Shown piece after piece: positions 49,651-60,712 of a DNA stretch of 64,000 nt. A program made the position numbers and the translations under genes. The stretch spans positions 13,898,311 to 13,962,310 of the forward strand of contig MU056960.1 in the NCBI GenBank assembly GCA_013239625.1. The letters run 5' to 3'. The notes beneath the pieces were generated by a model that saw only the letters and a list, made by a program, of their open reading frames with translations, was not told where the DNA came from and did no database searches. Position 1 is the stretch's first letter. Each line of letters begins with the position of its first letter. This stretch comes from Lama guanicoe (lineage: Eukaryota).

Positions 49651-52600
49651 CAGCCTACAGGCACCTGGACAGATGGTGGGGGAGGTGTGGGTGGGTTATG
49701 GGGACAGGGAGGTGGGGGAGCCAGGCCCAGCCAAGTTCAGGGCCTGAAGACCAGACTCCCCGCGCCCCAGGGCTCCCTCATTCCAGGCTTGGGTGGGTGG
49801 GTGGGGGTAGGGACCTTCAGGGAGAGGGTCTGAGGACGGGGTTCTGAGAATGTCAAGGGGGCCACACCTTGATTTCTGTTGTCCTTATCACCTTTATCAC
49901 TGGCCTGATCATTACTGTTAACAGTCTCACCATCCATGCCTCTGCCCCACCAGCGGTCTGGACATTGGTCTAATGCAGTCCAGTTTTAAGGAACAAGGAG
50001 CTGGAGGGCCGGGACTCCTGGGTCCATCACCGGCCTCCATCTCTCGCCCACCATGACCTGGCTTCCCAGCCCCGCCAGAGGAGGAGACTTGGAGGTGATG
50101 CCCTTTTGGCCAAAGAGAGAAGGAAGGCTGCCCCCATCGCAGAAGTTTCGGCCAGTTTCTGCCCGGCTGAGCATGCTTGGCCAGAACTGGATGGGGGAGG
50201 TCACCAAGAGCAAGCCATGGGCCAGACCCTGGGGACATCAGCCCCGCAAACGGGTGTTTACTCAGTGAAGATAGACAGAACAGTTGTCTGATAAAGCCGG
50301 GATGGGAGCAAAGTCCCCTGAGACTTCAAAGGGGAGTGAGAACTCAGATAGGGTGGAGGTGGGGTTCCGGGGAGGGGGCCTGACATGGAAGGGGTGCTCC
50401 CTGGCACAACTCCAATGGGGCGCTGAATTCTTGGGCTGTGCTGCAGAGGGCACTGATGTCAGAAATCACCATGGATGGGTCCCCTGGAGTTGTGCAAGGC
50501 AGCCGGACTAGGTGAAGGAGAACTTCGGGGAGAGGGAACAGCGAGGACAAAGGTGCTGAGGTGGGGAAGTGCAGCCAGTTCTGGGAGCCAAAACAGATGC
50601 ACAGGAATCCAGTCCGACCAGGGACAGGGGGAGTAGGGGAGGGGCTGGAGTGAAAGAGCCAAAAATCTCTGCCTCAGGCATCACTGAGCCTTGGGCTGTG
50701 CACCGAGGCATGGAGATGAACTAGGGGATTGGGTGCCAGGGTGTGGGGTCTCCATGCACGTTAGAAAGGGGTCTGTGGAAACAGGACAGAGGTCAAAGCA
50801 GCGCAGGGCTCGAGGGTCTGGAAGGGCCTGATTCAGGGCAGGGGAACCCAGAGGAAGAGGTCATAGTAGCGGTGGGAGAGACTGGCTGGGCTCATCCCGG
50901 CTGGATCAAGGGAACCCCACATCCTCTCTTTCCCACATGCTGGGCTCCAGTGAGACCCTGAGTTTGTCTAACGCTGCACCTGGGTGCTGGGGCGCTGTGT
51001 GTCCAATCTGACCAGAAGCTTCCTGAAAGAGGACTTCCCAGTGGGTGTGATTTCGGTGGAGGGCTTCCGTGAGCCACTTTGAAGCACGCCTGCTGAACCA
51101 CAGTGCTGGAGCGGACAATCTAGCATGATGGGGAAGCTGAGGTCCCGGACTGTGGTTGACTGTAAACACAGTGGCCTCCCCTCCGAGACAGGGGCTCCTG
51201 GAGGACCGAAGCACGGCTTTATTCAATCTCAGAGCTCAGCGCAGAGGCTGACACATGCTAGGTGCTCACCAAGATAGGAGGCATTACCCTTCCCGGTTCC
51301 CAGCTGCCCTCTTGGACTCTCCTCCACACCCTGCCCCCCTCCCCCAGGCACACACACCAACACAAACAGGGATGGTTTCTGCCTGGATCACACCTCCCCG
51401 GGGTTTTCCGTACAAGGCTTTGAGGAACAGCACACAGAGACCAGTGGACTGAGCAACAGAGATAACTAACTACCCTTCGAGATGAAGGATAAGAGCTTTC
51501 CTGCAATGACCTCATCTCAGCCTGCCTGTCAGTAAGCAAGGCAAGAACTTTCCTGCCTGTGCACAGATGGGTAAACTGAGGCCTGGAGAGGGTCAGGGAT
51601 TTGCCCAGCACTTGCCCAGGGACTTGGGTGGGCACGTCATCCCAGGCCTTCAGTAAGGTTTCTGCCTACAGAAGTGAATTGGCCAGAAGGCCAGGCACCC
51701 CCCACCCCACTACACCCCCACCAACTTCCTGCTCACGTTCTGGGACACAGTCAGCTGGTACGTGGAGAAGCAGGATTGGGGGAGGGGGAGCACACAGGCC
51801 CTAGAACTTTCCACCTGTGGTCCAACAAAAGTGACTAAGAATCTGTCCTTTCCGGCCGGCCGAGCTCAGCCAGGCACATCAGAGGCGGGCGGGGGAGGGG
51901 CTGAGAGCTGGGAGGAGGGCAGGTGCCAGAGGGCCCCAGGCAAAGGGCAGGCCCAGGGCCCGGGAGGTCTCCAGGAGCTCAGGCAGGGCGGGGGGTGCCC
52001 AGGTGTGAAGGAGGAGCAGGAGCGGCTCTGCACTTGAGTGGAGCTGGAGAGAGATTTGTTGATGCTAAATTTATGCCGGGAGACACTAACTGGGTCCCAC
52101 CCACCTGCTGCAGGAAAAACACCAGCAAAGCTGGAACACTTTTCCTATATGCACTCTGAGTCCCTGAGCCTGGCTCTCCCAACAGCCCAGATAACCTTTC
52201 ACTGTGACACTTTATAATGTGTCTGCCATTCATCACCTTTGCTTTTCAGACTGAGTGGGCACTTATTTCTTTCCCTTTGTCCCAACATATACTGTATAAT
52301 TTTATATCAAACATGCCAGTTGTTATCAAGGACAGCCCTCTCCCCAACCAAATCGGTTCATCCATCCCTGCCCATAACCTTCTTGCCAGCCCTGTGACCT
52401 TGGGGAAGCCAGCTCATCCCTGAGCCTCAACTTCCCTCTTCATAAAATGAAGATGCAAACACCCCTCCCCTACTGAAGACAGGGGTGAAGTGGGATGAGG
52501 ATGTGAAAAATGCTTTGTGCGCTGAAGTTCAGTACCAAAGCTAGCATTTCCCATGCCTAAAACCATCCTGCCAGCCCTGTGACCTGGGGAAGCAGGCTCC

Positions 52601-52690
52601 GTCTCTGAGCCTCAACTTCTCTCTTTGTAAATTGAGGGTGTTAGCACCCTCCTCTATCTAAGACACAGATGAAATAGATGAAAATGTGAA

Positions 52691-52786
52691 GTGGGTGGGG
52701 GGTATAGCTCAGCGGTAGAATGCATGCCTGGCGTGCAGAAACGCCCGGGTTCAATCCCCAGGGCCTTCGTGAAGGGAAAAAAAAAA
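52691..52786 (+). mobile_element. tRNA-derived SINE (Vic-1-like)
   Basis: GGGGTATAGCTCAGCGGTAGAATGCATGCC...GGGTTCAATCCCCAG with an A tail, flanked by ATGTGAA repeats. Confidence 0.85.
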
Positions 52787-52940
52787 GAGGATGTGAAAAT
52801 GCTTTGTGAGCTGAAAACTTTAGGACCCTGAGGAGGGAAGAGGGAAGCAATCCCTCAGCTCTGGTCCCGCTGGTACCAAATGGGAGATAGGACTTCTCAG
52901 ACCCTTGTCCGCAAAGTGCCATGGGAGCCAAGTCTTTGAT

Positions 52941-52970
52941 CACACGCACGCACGCACGCACGCACGCACA
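52941..52970. repeat. (CACG)n alternating purine-pyrimidine repeat
   Basis: CACACGCACGCACGCACGCACGCACGCACA. Confidence 0.9.
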
Positions 52971-55900
52971 GAGTGCCTCATGCCCAGCTCCTCAGGAAAG
53001 GGACAGATAAAAACTCTCACCCAACCCTGACCCTGAGGCAACCTGCTGTCTTCTGAGCCTTCTGTGCCCTTTTCTGGCCTGTGTGGATCTACCAGACTCC
53101 TGCCTGGGCCACCAGAAGAATCTCCAGGGGACCTGGGTCCCAGAACTTTCAATCCTCATCTTCCAGGACCAGAAACTCTAAGGCCCGGTGAGCCAGTGTC
53201 AAAATTATTCCTCACCAAACATAGCATCTTGATCTTTATAAAACCAAGGGTCTTTTTTGAAGGCAAAAAAAGCAGCAGCCTCATTCTCAGCTTGGAAGTT
53301 AGTCTAGCTGGAAGTTGGTTCAGAACTAATTATTTTTGCAAGAGTTAACTCACTTCTCAGCCCACAGACACGCAAGTTAAGATTCTGTTCTTTTTTAATC
53401 AGTGACAATGCTGTTAAATTGAAAAATTTCTTTAATTTCAGGAAATAATCGGCAAAGGGTTGTCATAATTCTCTGTGAGTGTAAACATGGTGTCATGAGT
53501 CACTTCAGAGACACCTTCCACATTGTCCCAGGAGGAGGATCTCCTGGATGCTTCCAGCAAACAGGTGGTCACTTCTAGACCTGAGCCGGTGTGGACCGGC
53601 CACCTCCTGATGGCTCTGGCAACGATGGGGACTTTACCAGGGCAGACCCAGCCCTGGCTGGGAGGGCTGAGCCCTGGGCTGGGACTTTCAGAGTCTGGGG
53701 AAGAATGTGGCAGTCCCTTCATGCCTCTCCTCTGAAACAACCCAGCCCTCCCTGGGCTGAATCCCAGCTCTGTCACTACCGATTCTGTGACATTGGGCAA
53801 CAGAATTAAACTCTCTCAACCAATGTCCTCATCTGGGTAAGGAGGATGACAACGTCTTCCCTCCAGACACTGAGAGGCTTGGGGAAAACATTGAATCAAG
53901 GCCAGCCCGCTGAGATTCTGCTGGCTGCCCTGCCAGGGGTCTGGCAGGCCCAGCACAGGCTACAAGAGCCCAGGGCCTGGGCTGAGCGGGTAGCCGTCCT
54001 CCTGCCCCGGCCTGGGCCTGGCACTCCGCACCAGCGGCCATCCTCTCTAGTTGACCCAGGAGGGCTTAATGACAGGCCTGGTTGCACAGGAGGCCCGGCC
54101 AGACTGGCTGAGCCAGTGCTGCCCCACGTGGGCTGAGGGGGAAGGTGGGGGCGGGGGTGGCATCTCCAGCGAAGGGAAACAGGACCACGCTGCTGGCTGC
54201 AGTCCCACAGCCCAGACACAGAGGGCACTTCTGGGGACGGGACAGCGGGATGGGGATGTGCTGAATGGCTTTGGTTAGAGCGAAGGGCGCAGACGGTGGG
54301 AAGGGTTCTGTGAAGGGCAGGAGACTTAAAGACAGGATGGGACCAAGTGAGAGTTTAATTTCTTTCCATTAGATTAGTGCTTCTGAGTCCAGCTTCTGCC
54401 TGGCGGTTTCAAAGAGTGGAGCCATCCTCCCATCCCACCCTGCTCTCCCGCCCTTCACAGGCCCCTCCTCTACTTCTCAGAGAGGTCCCTCCCAGGCCCC
54501 AGACAAAGAACCTCCTTCCCACTCACCCTGCCCCTCCCCCTGCTCCCCCTGCCCCTCCCCCTGCCTCTCTTCAGAGCAGCCCTTATCTCTGCTGGCTGTA
54601 TCTTTATTTTTATCTTCCAGAGGCTGTAGAACAAAAAGACCTACAGACCAGGGGATCCCAGAGGACCCTCTAATCTTTTGGAGGGGCCAGTCCTGCCCAG
54701 CCTCCCACCCCCCTAGACGGGAAAGCCTCCTTCCACCAGCCCTCCCCTCCCATTGGTCAGCAAGAGTCAGACCAGGCAGTAGGCTAGGTGCCTTAGGATT
54801 ATGAGAAATCATTTTGTTTTATACAGAACCACACAGGGCATCATCAGTCCCATTTTAGAGATGAGAAAACTGAGGCTTGGAGAACTGATGTCATGTTCCA
54901 GGGCCACCAGAATATTGAGAAGACCAGGAATTCACAGCCAGCCCTGCCTGATTCTGGGGCTCAGCCTCTAAACCCACCTCTCAATCATTATTCTGCATTC
55001 GTTTCTTTTACTCTTTCAAGATCTTTTCTTTTTTCAGTTTTGAAAAATGTTTAATTCAAGAATTATATAATTTCAAATGTCTTCCAAAATACAGTTTCCT
55101 AGATTACTACAAAAGAAAGCAAATTCAGTAAGAAAGTTAAATAATTAAATATGTTTCACTAGTATATACATGCAGAACGCCAAGCGATTAACATTTAGCC
55201 CTGGAATGCGTACCATGTCTTTTGTTTCTCCTTATTAAAGGCTCAGTCCAGCACTTTGTATAGGCTACGTACACCAGGCAGAGCTCAGTGTCTACCTGGC
55301 CCCACCTAAACAAACAAGTCCCTCGACCAGAGAAGCCAGCTCTGTGTGGACTCTGGAGGACACAGTCACCTAGAGCCCAGGGTAGGCTTCCTGGAGGAGG
55401 GGGTAGGGAGGAGAAAGACGAGTAAAAACTTAGAAGCCTATGGAGAGGAGCAAGTTCTCTGAAAAGGGGAGTGGCAAGAAGCAGAGACAGGGCTTCCAGG
55501 GGTGCTGCAGGACATGGAGCCAGGCCGGTGGTGGAGCTGGGCTGGAAAGCAAATTGGGCACATTGGGAGAAGCCTCAAATACCCAGTGCAGAAGCGTGGG
55601 GGCACAGCGCAGCCACGGACACGCTTTGAGCAAGGGCAGACCCAGCCAGCTGCACTTGTGGAAAAGTACCTGGACAAGTGTGGTGGGTTATCTGGAGGGG
55701 GAGAGACAGGAGGGCTGCCCTGCTCTGGGATGCACAATGGAGCCTTAAGACAGAAGAGGTGGGCATCGTTAAGGGAGCATCTTGACCACAGGACCAGCTG
55801 GACCCCCAGAGCAGCCTGCTGGCCCTGGACCCAGACAGACCTTGTCTATGGTGAGCAGAGCCAGAGGCTGGGTCATCCTGCCTTGCTTCCTGTCTGCCCC

Positions 55901-57994
55901 TCCAGTGGGGACCTCAGGGCATCCTCGAACCCAGCACTTTCTCCTTCCCAGCAGCCTGGGCAGGTTACACACCTGATGATGACAGCTTTCAGAGAAACTG
56001 TCTCTGCTTCCATGACACACCGAGAGGGAGAGAGAAACCAGCAGGCCAGCCAGGGGATTCCCAGGCAGGCGGCCAGTGAGTCAGTGGTGACAGACCAGGG
56101 ACAAAGCCAGAAGTCTAGGGATCACAAGTGGTACCTCGCCCCAGCCCCAGGTGACTCAGAGATCATATTATCCTCCCTGCTGGAGGGCCTCCCAGACCTG
56201 GCCTTGCCGGCCTCCTCCAGCCTTTCTCCTGCTTAAAGGCCTTCAGACCTGGTTGGATGGGTGGACACCACCCACAGATCCTGACCCCTGGCCTTCTTGG
56301 GGCCCAGTCCAGCTGCCAGGTCTCTGTCCTACTGCCAAGTGTACCCACTGACCCAGCCCTCATTCTCTGCTGGCTCCCAGCTCTGGATCAGTCTAGTTCT
56401 AAGGAGGGCTACAACCGGCCCTGATCTGCTCCATCGGCCAGGGAGCAGGAGGTGGGGCTGAGCCAGGAGTAACCACGCCTGTGGTTAGTTTGAACTTTTT
56501 TATTTTTCAGTGTTCTTTTCAGCAGGGCTTAACCTACACAGTTTGAACTTATGACATGGGCCCGAGAGCTCACCCATGGCCCTCAGTTACACCCTCCCTC
56601 CCTCCACACACTTTCTGCTCTCCAGCAAGGCTAGGGGGCTGCAGGTGCCCAGGGGGCTGACCAGCCACCGCTGGCTTGGTGTCCCTGCCCTTCAGCATCA
56701 CTCTACAGCTGCCCCCTTCTCCACAGCCCACCCGGACCACACACCTTGGCTTAAAGCTGCCACCACACACCTGGGTGTGCACCAAGGGCCTCATGTGTTT
56801 CTTCCTTTGCTTTTAATCATTCTAGTTCTTTGCCATCTCATCAGGCTGGCAGGACTCTCAACATCAGACCTTCCTGCAGCTCCGCCTCTGACCAAGGATA
56901 CACAACATCCCAGGACATAGGGAAATCCTCTCTTGAACCATCAGCCATTGCCAAGCCCTGGTTGCCATGGAAACCTCCAGCCTCCAGTCTGCAATGCCCC
57001 CCTCAGGGCCTGGGGTTCAGTGGCCTCCCACACTGATACAGCAGAAATCACTGGCCAGGAACCATATAATCATCAACTAAAAGGTATCACCTTTTTGTTT
57101 CTGTGACTAGAACCTAACACATAGTAGGAGCTTTTCCTGACACCGCACACTCCCAAGTTGCCCGCACCCCCTAGTCACTGCTTCCTAATGGAGGAATCTC
57201 TCCCCCATCATTTTCTCCTGTCCGCACTCTGAAACACCAAATCCTGGCTCTTCGTGACCTTGACCTTGATCTCAGGGTCAAGCTTAGGGAGAGTTTCTGC
57301 CTCAGTCTTGCCTCTCTTTCCACCCCACCCCTGGCCAGTCACTGTTGGGAATCGGGGATGGGGAGAGAGGGAGAGAGCAAAGGCAAACTGATACAGCAAT
57401 AACCCACCCACACACCAGCCATTGTTTCCCCAGCCTCCTCACCGGCTTTCCGCCAGCCTCACCCTCCACACCCAGGCCACGGCATCCTTGTGACACACTT
57501 GCCGCCAACCCCCACTCACCCACGGAAGCCTTCTCTGGATGCCCCTGATACTAAAATCAGCCATCATCTGGCCCAGCCTTCCTCTCCTGCTTCATATCCT
57601 GGGATCCCGATTCCCTGCCTGGCCACCAGCCCCATCAGCAGCTCATCCCTTGTCCCAGAACTGCTCCCTGGGCCCTCGAGCCTTTGTACATGCTGAGCTT
57701 CGTCATTTTGTCACGTGGCAAAGCCCATCCCATCCTCTGAGCCCCAGCCCCAAGGCCGTTTAGGGACTACCTCTGGGCTCTCCCCAGTGCTTGTGATCAC
57801 TCCCTCAGAGCACTTGTCCCACTGTGTGTGGACATGACCGTCCCCCCGCCCCCCCAGCTAGGCTGGGAGTCCCTCAAGCCCAGGGATGGTGATTTATTTT
57901 CCTCTGACTTTCCCACAAAGAGCCTGCATGTGTCCGAATGTGCATCAATGCCTGGCTACTGAATTTTTACTCTAACTGAACCAGAGTGAAAAAG

Positions 57995-58700
57995 AAGGCA
58001 GATAGTGATATACGTAAATGATGGAATAAATAAATCAGTGGAAGAGAGAGAAATCTCCCATGTAGAAAAGTCCCCCCAAGTGTCTGTAGATACTGTGCCT
58101 TCATAGAGGGACGCACACCCTCTCCTTCCTTGAATGTGGGCTGCAGAGTGGCTTCCTTTCAAAGAAGATAATGAGGAAAGGAGGGAGGAAAAGCAACTTC
58201 GCAGCGGAGAAACCTGACAAACACTGCCTCAGCCTGGTGACCAAGGTCAACATCATAGCCATAAATCATGTTGCTATGATGTGAAAAAATGGCACTTGAA
58301 CTCTGTGACCTTCCTCTCTCAAAACCCACAGTCCCAGTGTGACCATGAGGAAAGCGCTGGCTAAAGCCCAGCAGAGGAGCGTCATTCAGTGCGTCTGACC
58401 AGGACGCCTCACAACGGTCAGGGTCATCGAAAACAAGGGAAGTTGGAGAAATGGGCAGCTGAGAGGGGCCGAAGAAGCCGTGACGACTACATGTAACGTG
58501 TCCTGGATGGAATCCTGGGACAGAAAAAAGCTGTTAGGTAAAAACTAGAAATCAATGTAAATTACGGACTTCCGTTAATAATAATTAATGGAAACAAATG
58601 TGTCATCCTAATGTAAGATGTCTGTAATAGGACGACAGGCATGGGGCTTACATGGGAACTCTGTACTATTTTCTTGATTCTTCTGTAAATCTAAAACAAT
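57995..58700 (+). mobile_element. L1MC-type 3' fragment
   Basis: GGAGAAACCTGACAAACACTGCCTCAGCCTGGTGACCAAGGTCAACATCA...TCCTGGATGGAATCCTGGGACAGAAAA...GGGAACTCTGTACTAT. Confidence 0.7.
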
Positions 58701-58723
58701 TCCCCTCCCCCCAAAAAGGGCTA

Positions 58724-58824
58724 TTTTTATTTTATTATTATTATTTTCTAACGGAGGTATTAAGGATAGAGCCCAGGACCTTGTGCATGCTAAGCATGCA
58801 CTATACCACTGATCTAGTCCCCCC
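58724..58824 (-). mobile_element. tRNA-derived SINE (Vic-1-like)
   Basis: Reverse complement reads GGGGGGACTAGATCAGTGGTATAGTGCATGCTTAGCATGCACAAGGTCCTGGG; the plus strand shows the T-rich tail. Confidence 0.82.
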
Positions 58825-59904
58825 ATCAAAAAAAAAAAGTCTATTTTCTAAAAGAAGAAAGGAAGGAAGGAAAGAAGAAAGGAAGCTAGCTAGCTGAGCC
58901 CAAGCCCCACCTCCTCCAGGGAGTCTTCCAGGTTCCTGCTCAGGTAGTAAAAGGTTGTTGAGGTTGCCAGCAAGCAGGACTTAGGCTCCAGAACCTCTGA
59001 AGGGGCATGTCCAGTTCTTAGCAGATACTTGCTGAAGCACCGAGGTGGCCAGCCATCATGGTGTATTCATATAACTCTCAGATGGTTCAGGAAAAAAAAA
59101 AGTGCCTTGGGAGGGGAGAGTGTGTGAATGTGGCAAAATGTTAACAGTTGGTGAACCTAGGGGGAGAGCATGTGAGTGCTCATTGCACTATTCCTGTACC
59201 ATTTCTGTAGGGTTTTCATTTTTCAAAATAAAAATCTGAGAGAAAAATTAAGAAGGAATCAAGTCAGGCGAGGGTTGTCAGAAGACCCCCCCCCACCTGC
59301 AAGGAACCACGTGTGCAAAGGTGGTGTGGTATCAGGGAGGCTGTGAGGGACCAGAGGCCTGGAAGGCAGGAGGGGTGGAGAGAAGGGGACGGTGGGCAAG
59401 AGGAGGTGGAGGGACAGAAAGGTGAAGGTCAAATCCTCAGGGCCCAGGAGGCCAGGGTGACGTGCTGCGGTAGAGCTGAGTCTGTGTGAGGCCAGCAGCA
59501 GACATCGGGGTGACCACCAGGGCGGGGCAGGAGCTCCTCAGGCCTGGCTTCCTCATCCAGCCCATCCCTGCCAGGGTCCTAGGGCCTCCCAGGGGTTGGG
59601 TCACACGGATACTGCCTACCACCTCCCCACAAACACATATCCAAGGTCCTCCTGGCTCCCGGGTCCCAACCTTCTGGCCACCAATTGCCTGATCTCTCCC
59701 CAGAGCCTAACCCAACACTGTATACACTGGGCTTCTCTGCTGGTGGCTTCCCCATCCACCTACCTCCGTGGCCCCAGGCCTCCCTTTGGGATGAGTCTGG
59801 TACAAAATGACCCCCTCTCTTTCGCTCTCTGTGCTCTGGACAGGCTGGGGTGCTCAGACCTCGCTATCTTGGAGGACAAGGCCGGTAACATTAATAACAG
59901 TAGC

Positions 59905-60712
59905 CACTTGGATGTTCACAGCAGCACTATTCCAATAGCCAAAGGAGGAAGCAACCCAAGTGGCCATCAGAGGATAAGTAGATAAGCCATGTGGGCAACA
60001 TCCATACACTGACATTATTTTTCAGCCAGAAAATGGAACAAACTGCTGATACAAGCTACAGCGTGGATGAACCTTGAAAACAGTATGCTAAATGCAAGAA
60101 GCCAGGTAAATTATATATAAAAATAGATTTTAAAAGAAGTTTCTTCTGTATAGCACACAGAACTATGTTCAATACCTTGTAATAACCTTTAATGAAAAAC
60201 AATGAAAATGAATATATGTATGTACATGCATGACATTGTACTGTATACCAGAAATCGATTGCACTTCAATAAAAGAAAATTTTTTTTAAAAGCCAGGTAA
60301 AAAGGCTTAAAATAGTACAATGAGCACTCATCTGCTCTTGTATGATTCTGTTTACATGAAATGTCTAGAATTGGCACATCTATAGAGACAGAAGGTAGAT
60401 CAGTGGCTTAGGGCTGGAGAGGATGTGGGGTGGGTGGGCAAAGGGTACAACGAGGTTTCTCTTCATGGTGATGAAAATATTCTAAAATCAACTATGTTGG
60501 GGGTATAGCCAAGTGATAGAGTATATGCTTAGCATGCACAAGGTCCTGGGTTCGATCCCCAGTACCTCCATTAAAAAAATAATAAAAGAAAATAATCAAC
60601 TGTGGTGTTGGTTGTGTAACTCTGAATAGACTAAAAACCATTTTGTTATACGCTTTAAATGGGTGAATTGTATGGTATGTGAATTATGTCTCAATAAAGC
60701 TGCTTCTAAAAT
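59905..60712 (+). mobile_element. L1MB-type 3' fragment containing a 179-bp younger L1 3' end (60111-60289) and a SINE
   Basis: ATGTTCACAGCAGCACTATTC...TGGATGAACCTTGAAAAC...GGGTGAATTGTATGGTATGTGAATTATGTCTCAATAAAGCTG. The nested piece is flanked by a 12-bp TSD AAGCCAGGTAAA at 60099-60110 and 60290-60301. Confidence 0.75.
60499..60593 (+). mobile_element. tRNA-derived SINE (Vic-1-like)
   Basis: GGGGGTATAGCCAAGTGATAGAG...GGGTTCGATCCCCAGTACC; imperfect TSD AATCAACTATG / AATCAACTGTG. Confidence 0.85.

Noticed and set aside
54523-54565. C-tract repeat (potential minus-strand G-quadruplex)
   Set aside because: Such tracts are common in this GC-rich isochore and nothing here is distinctive.
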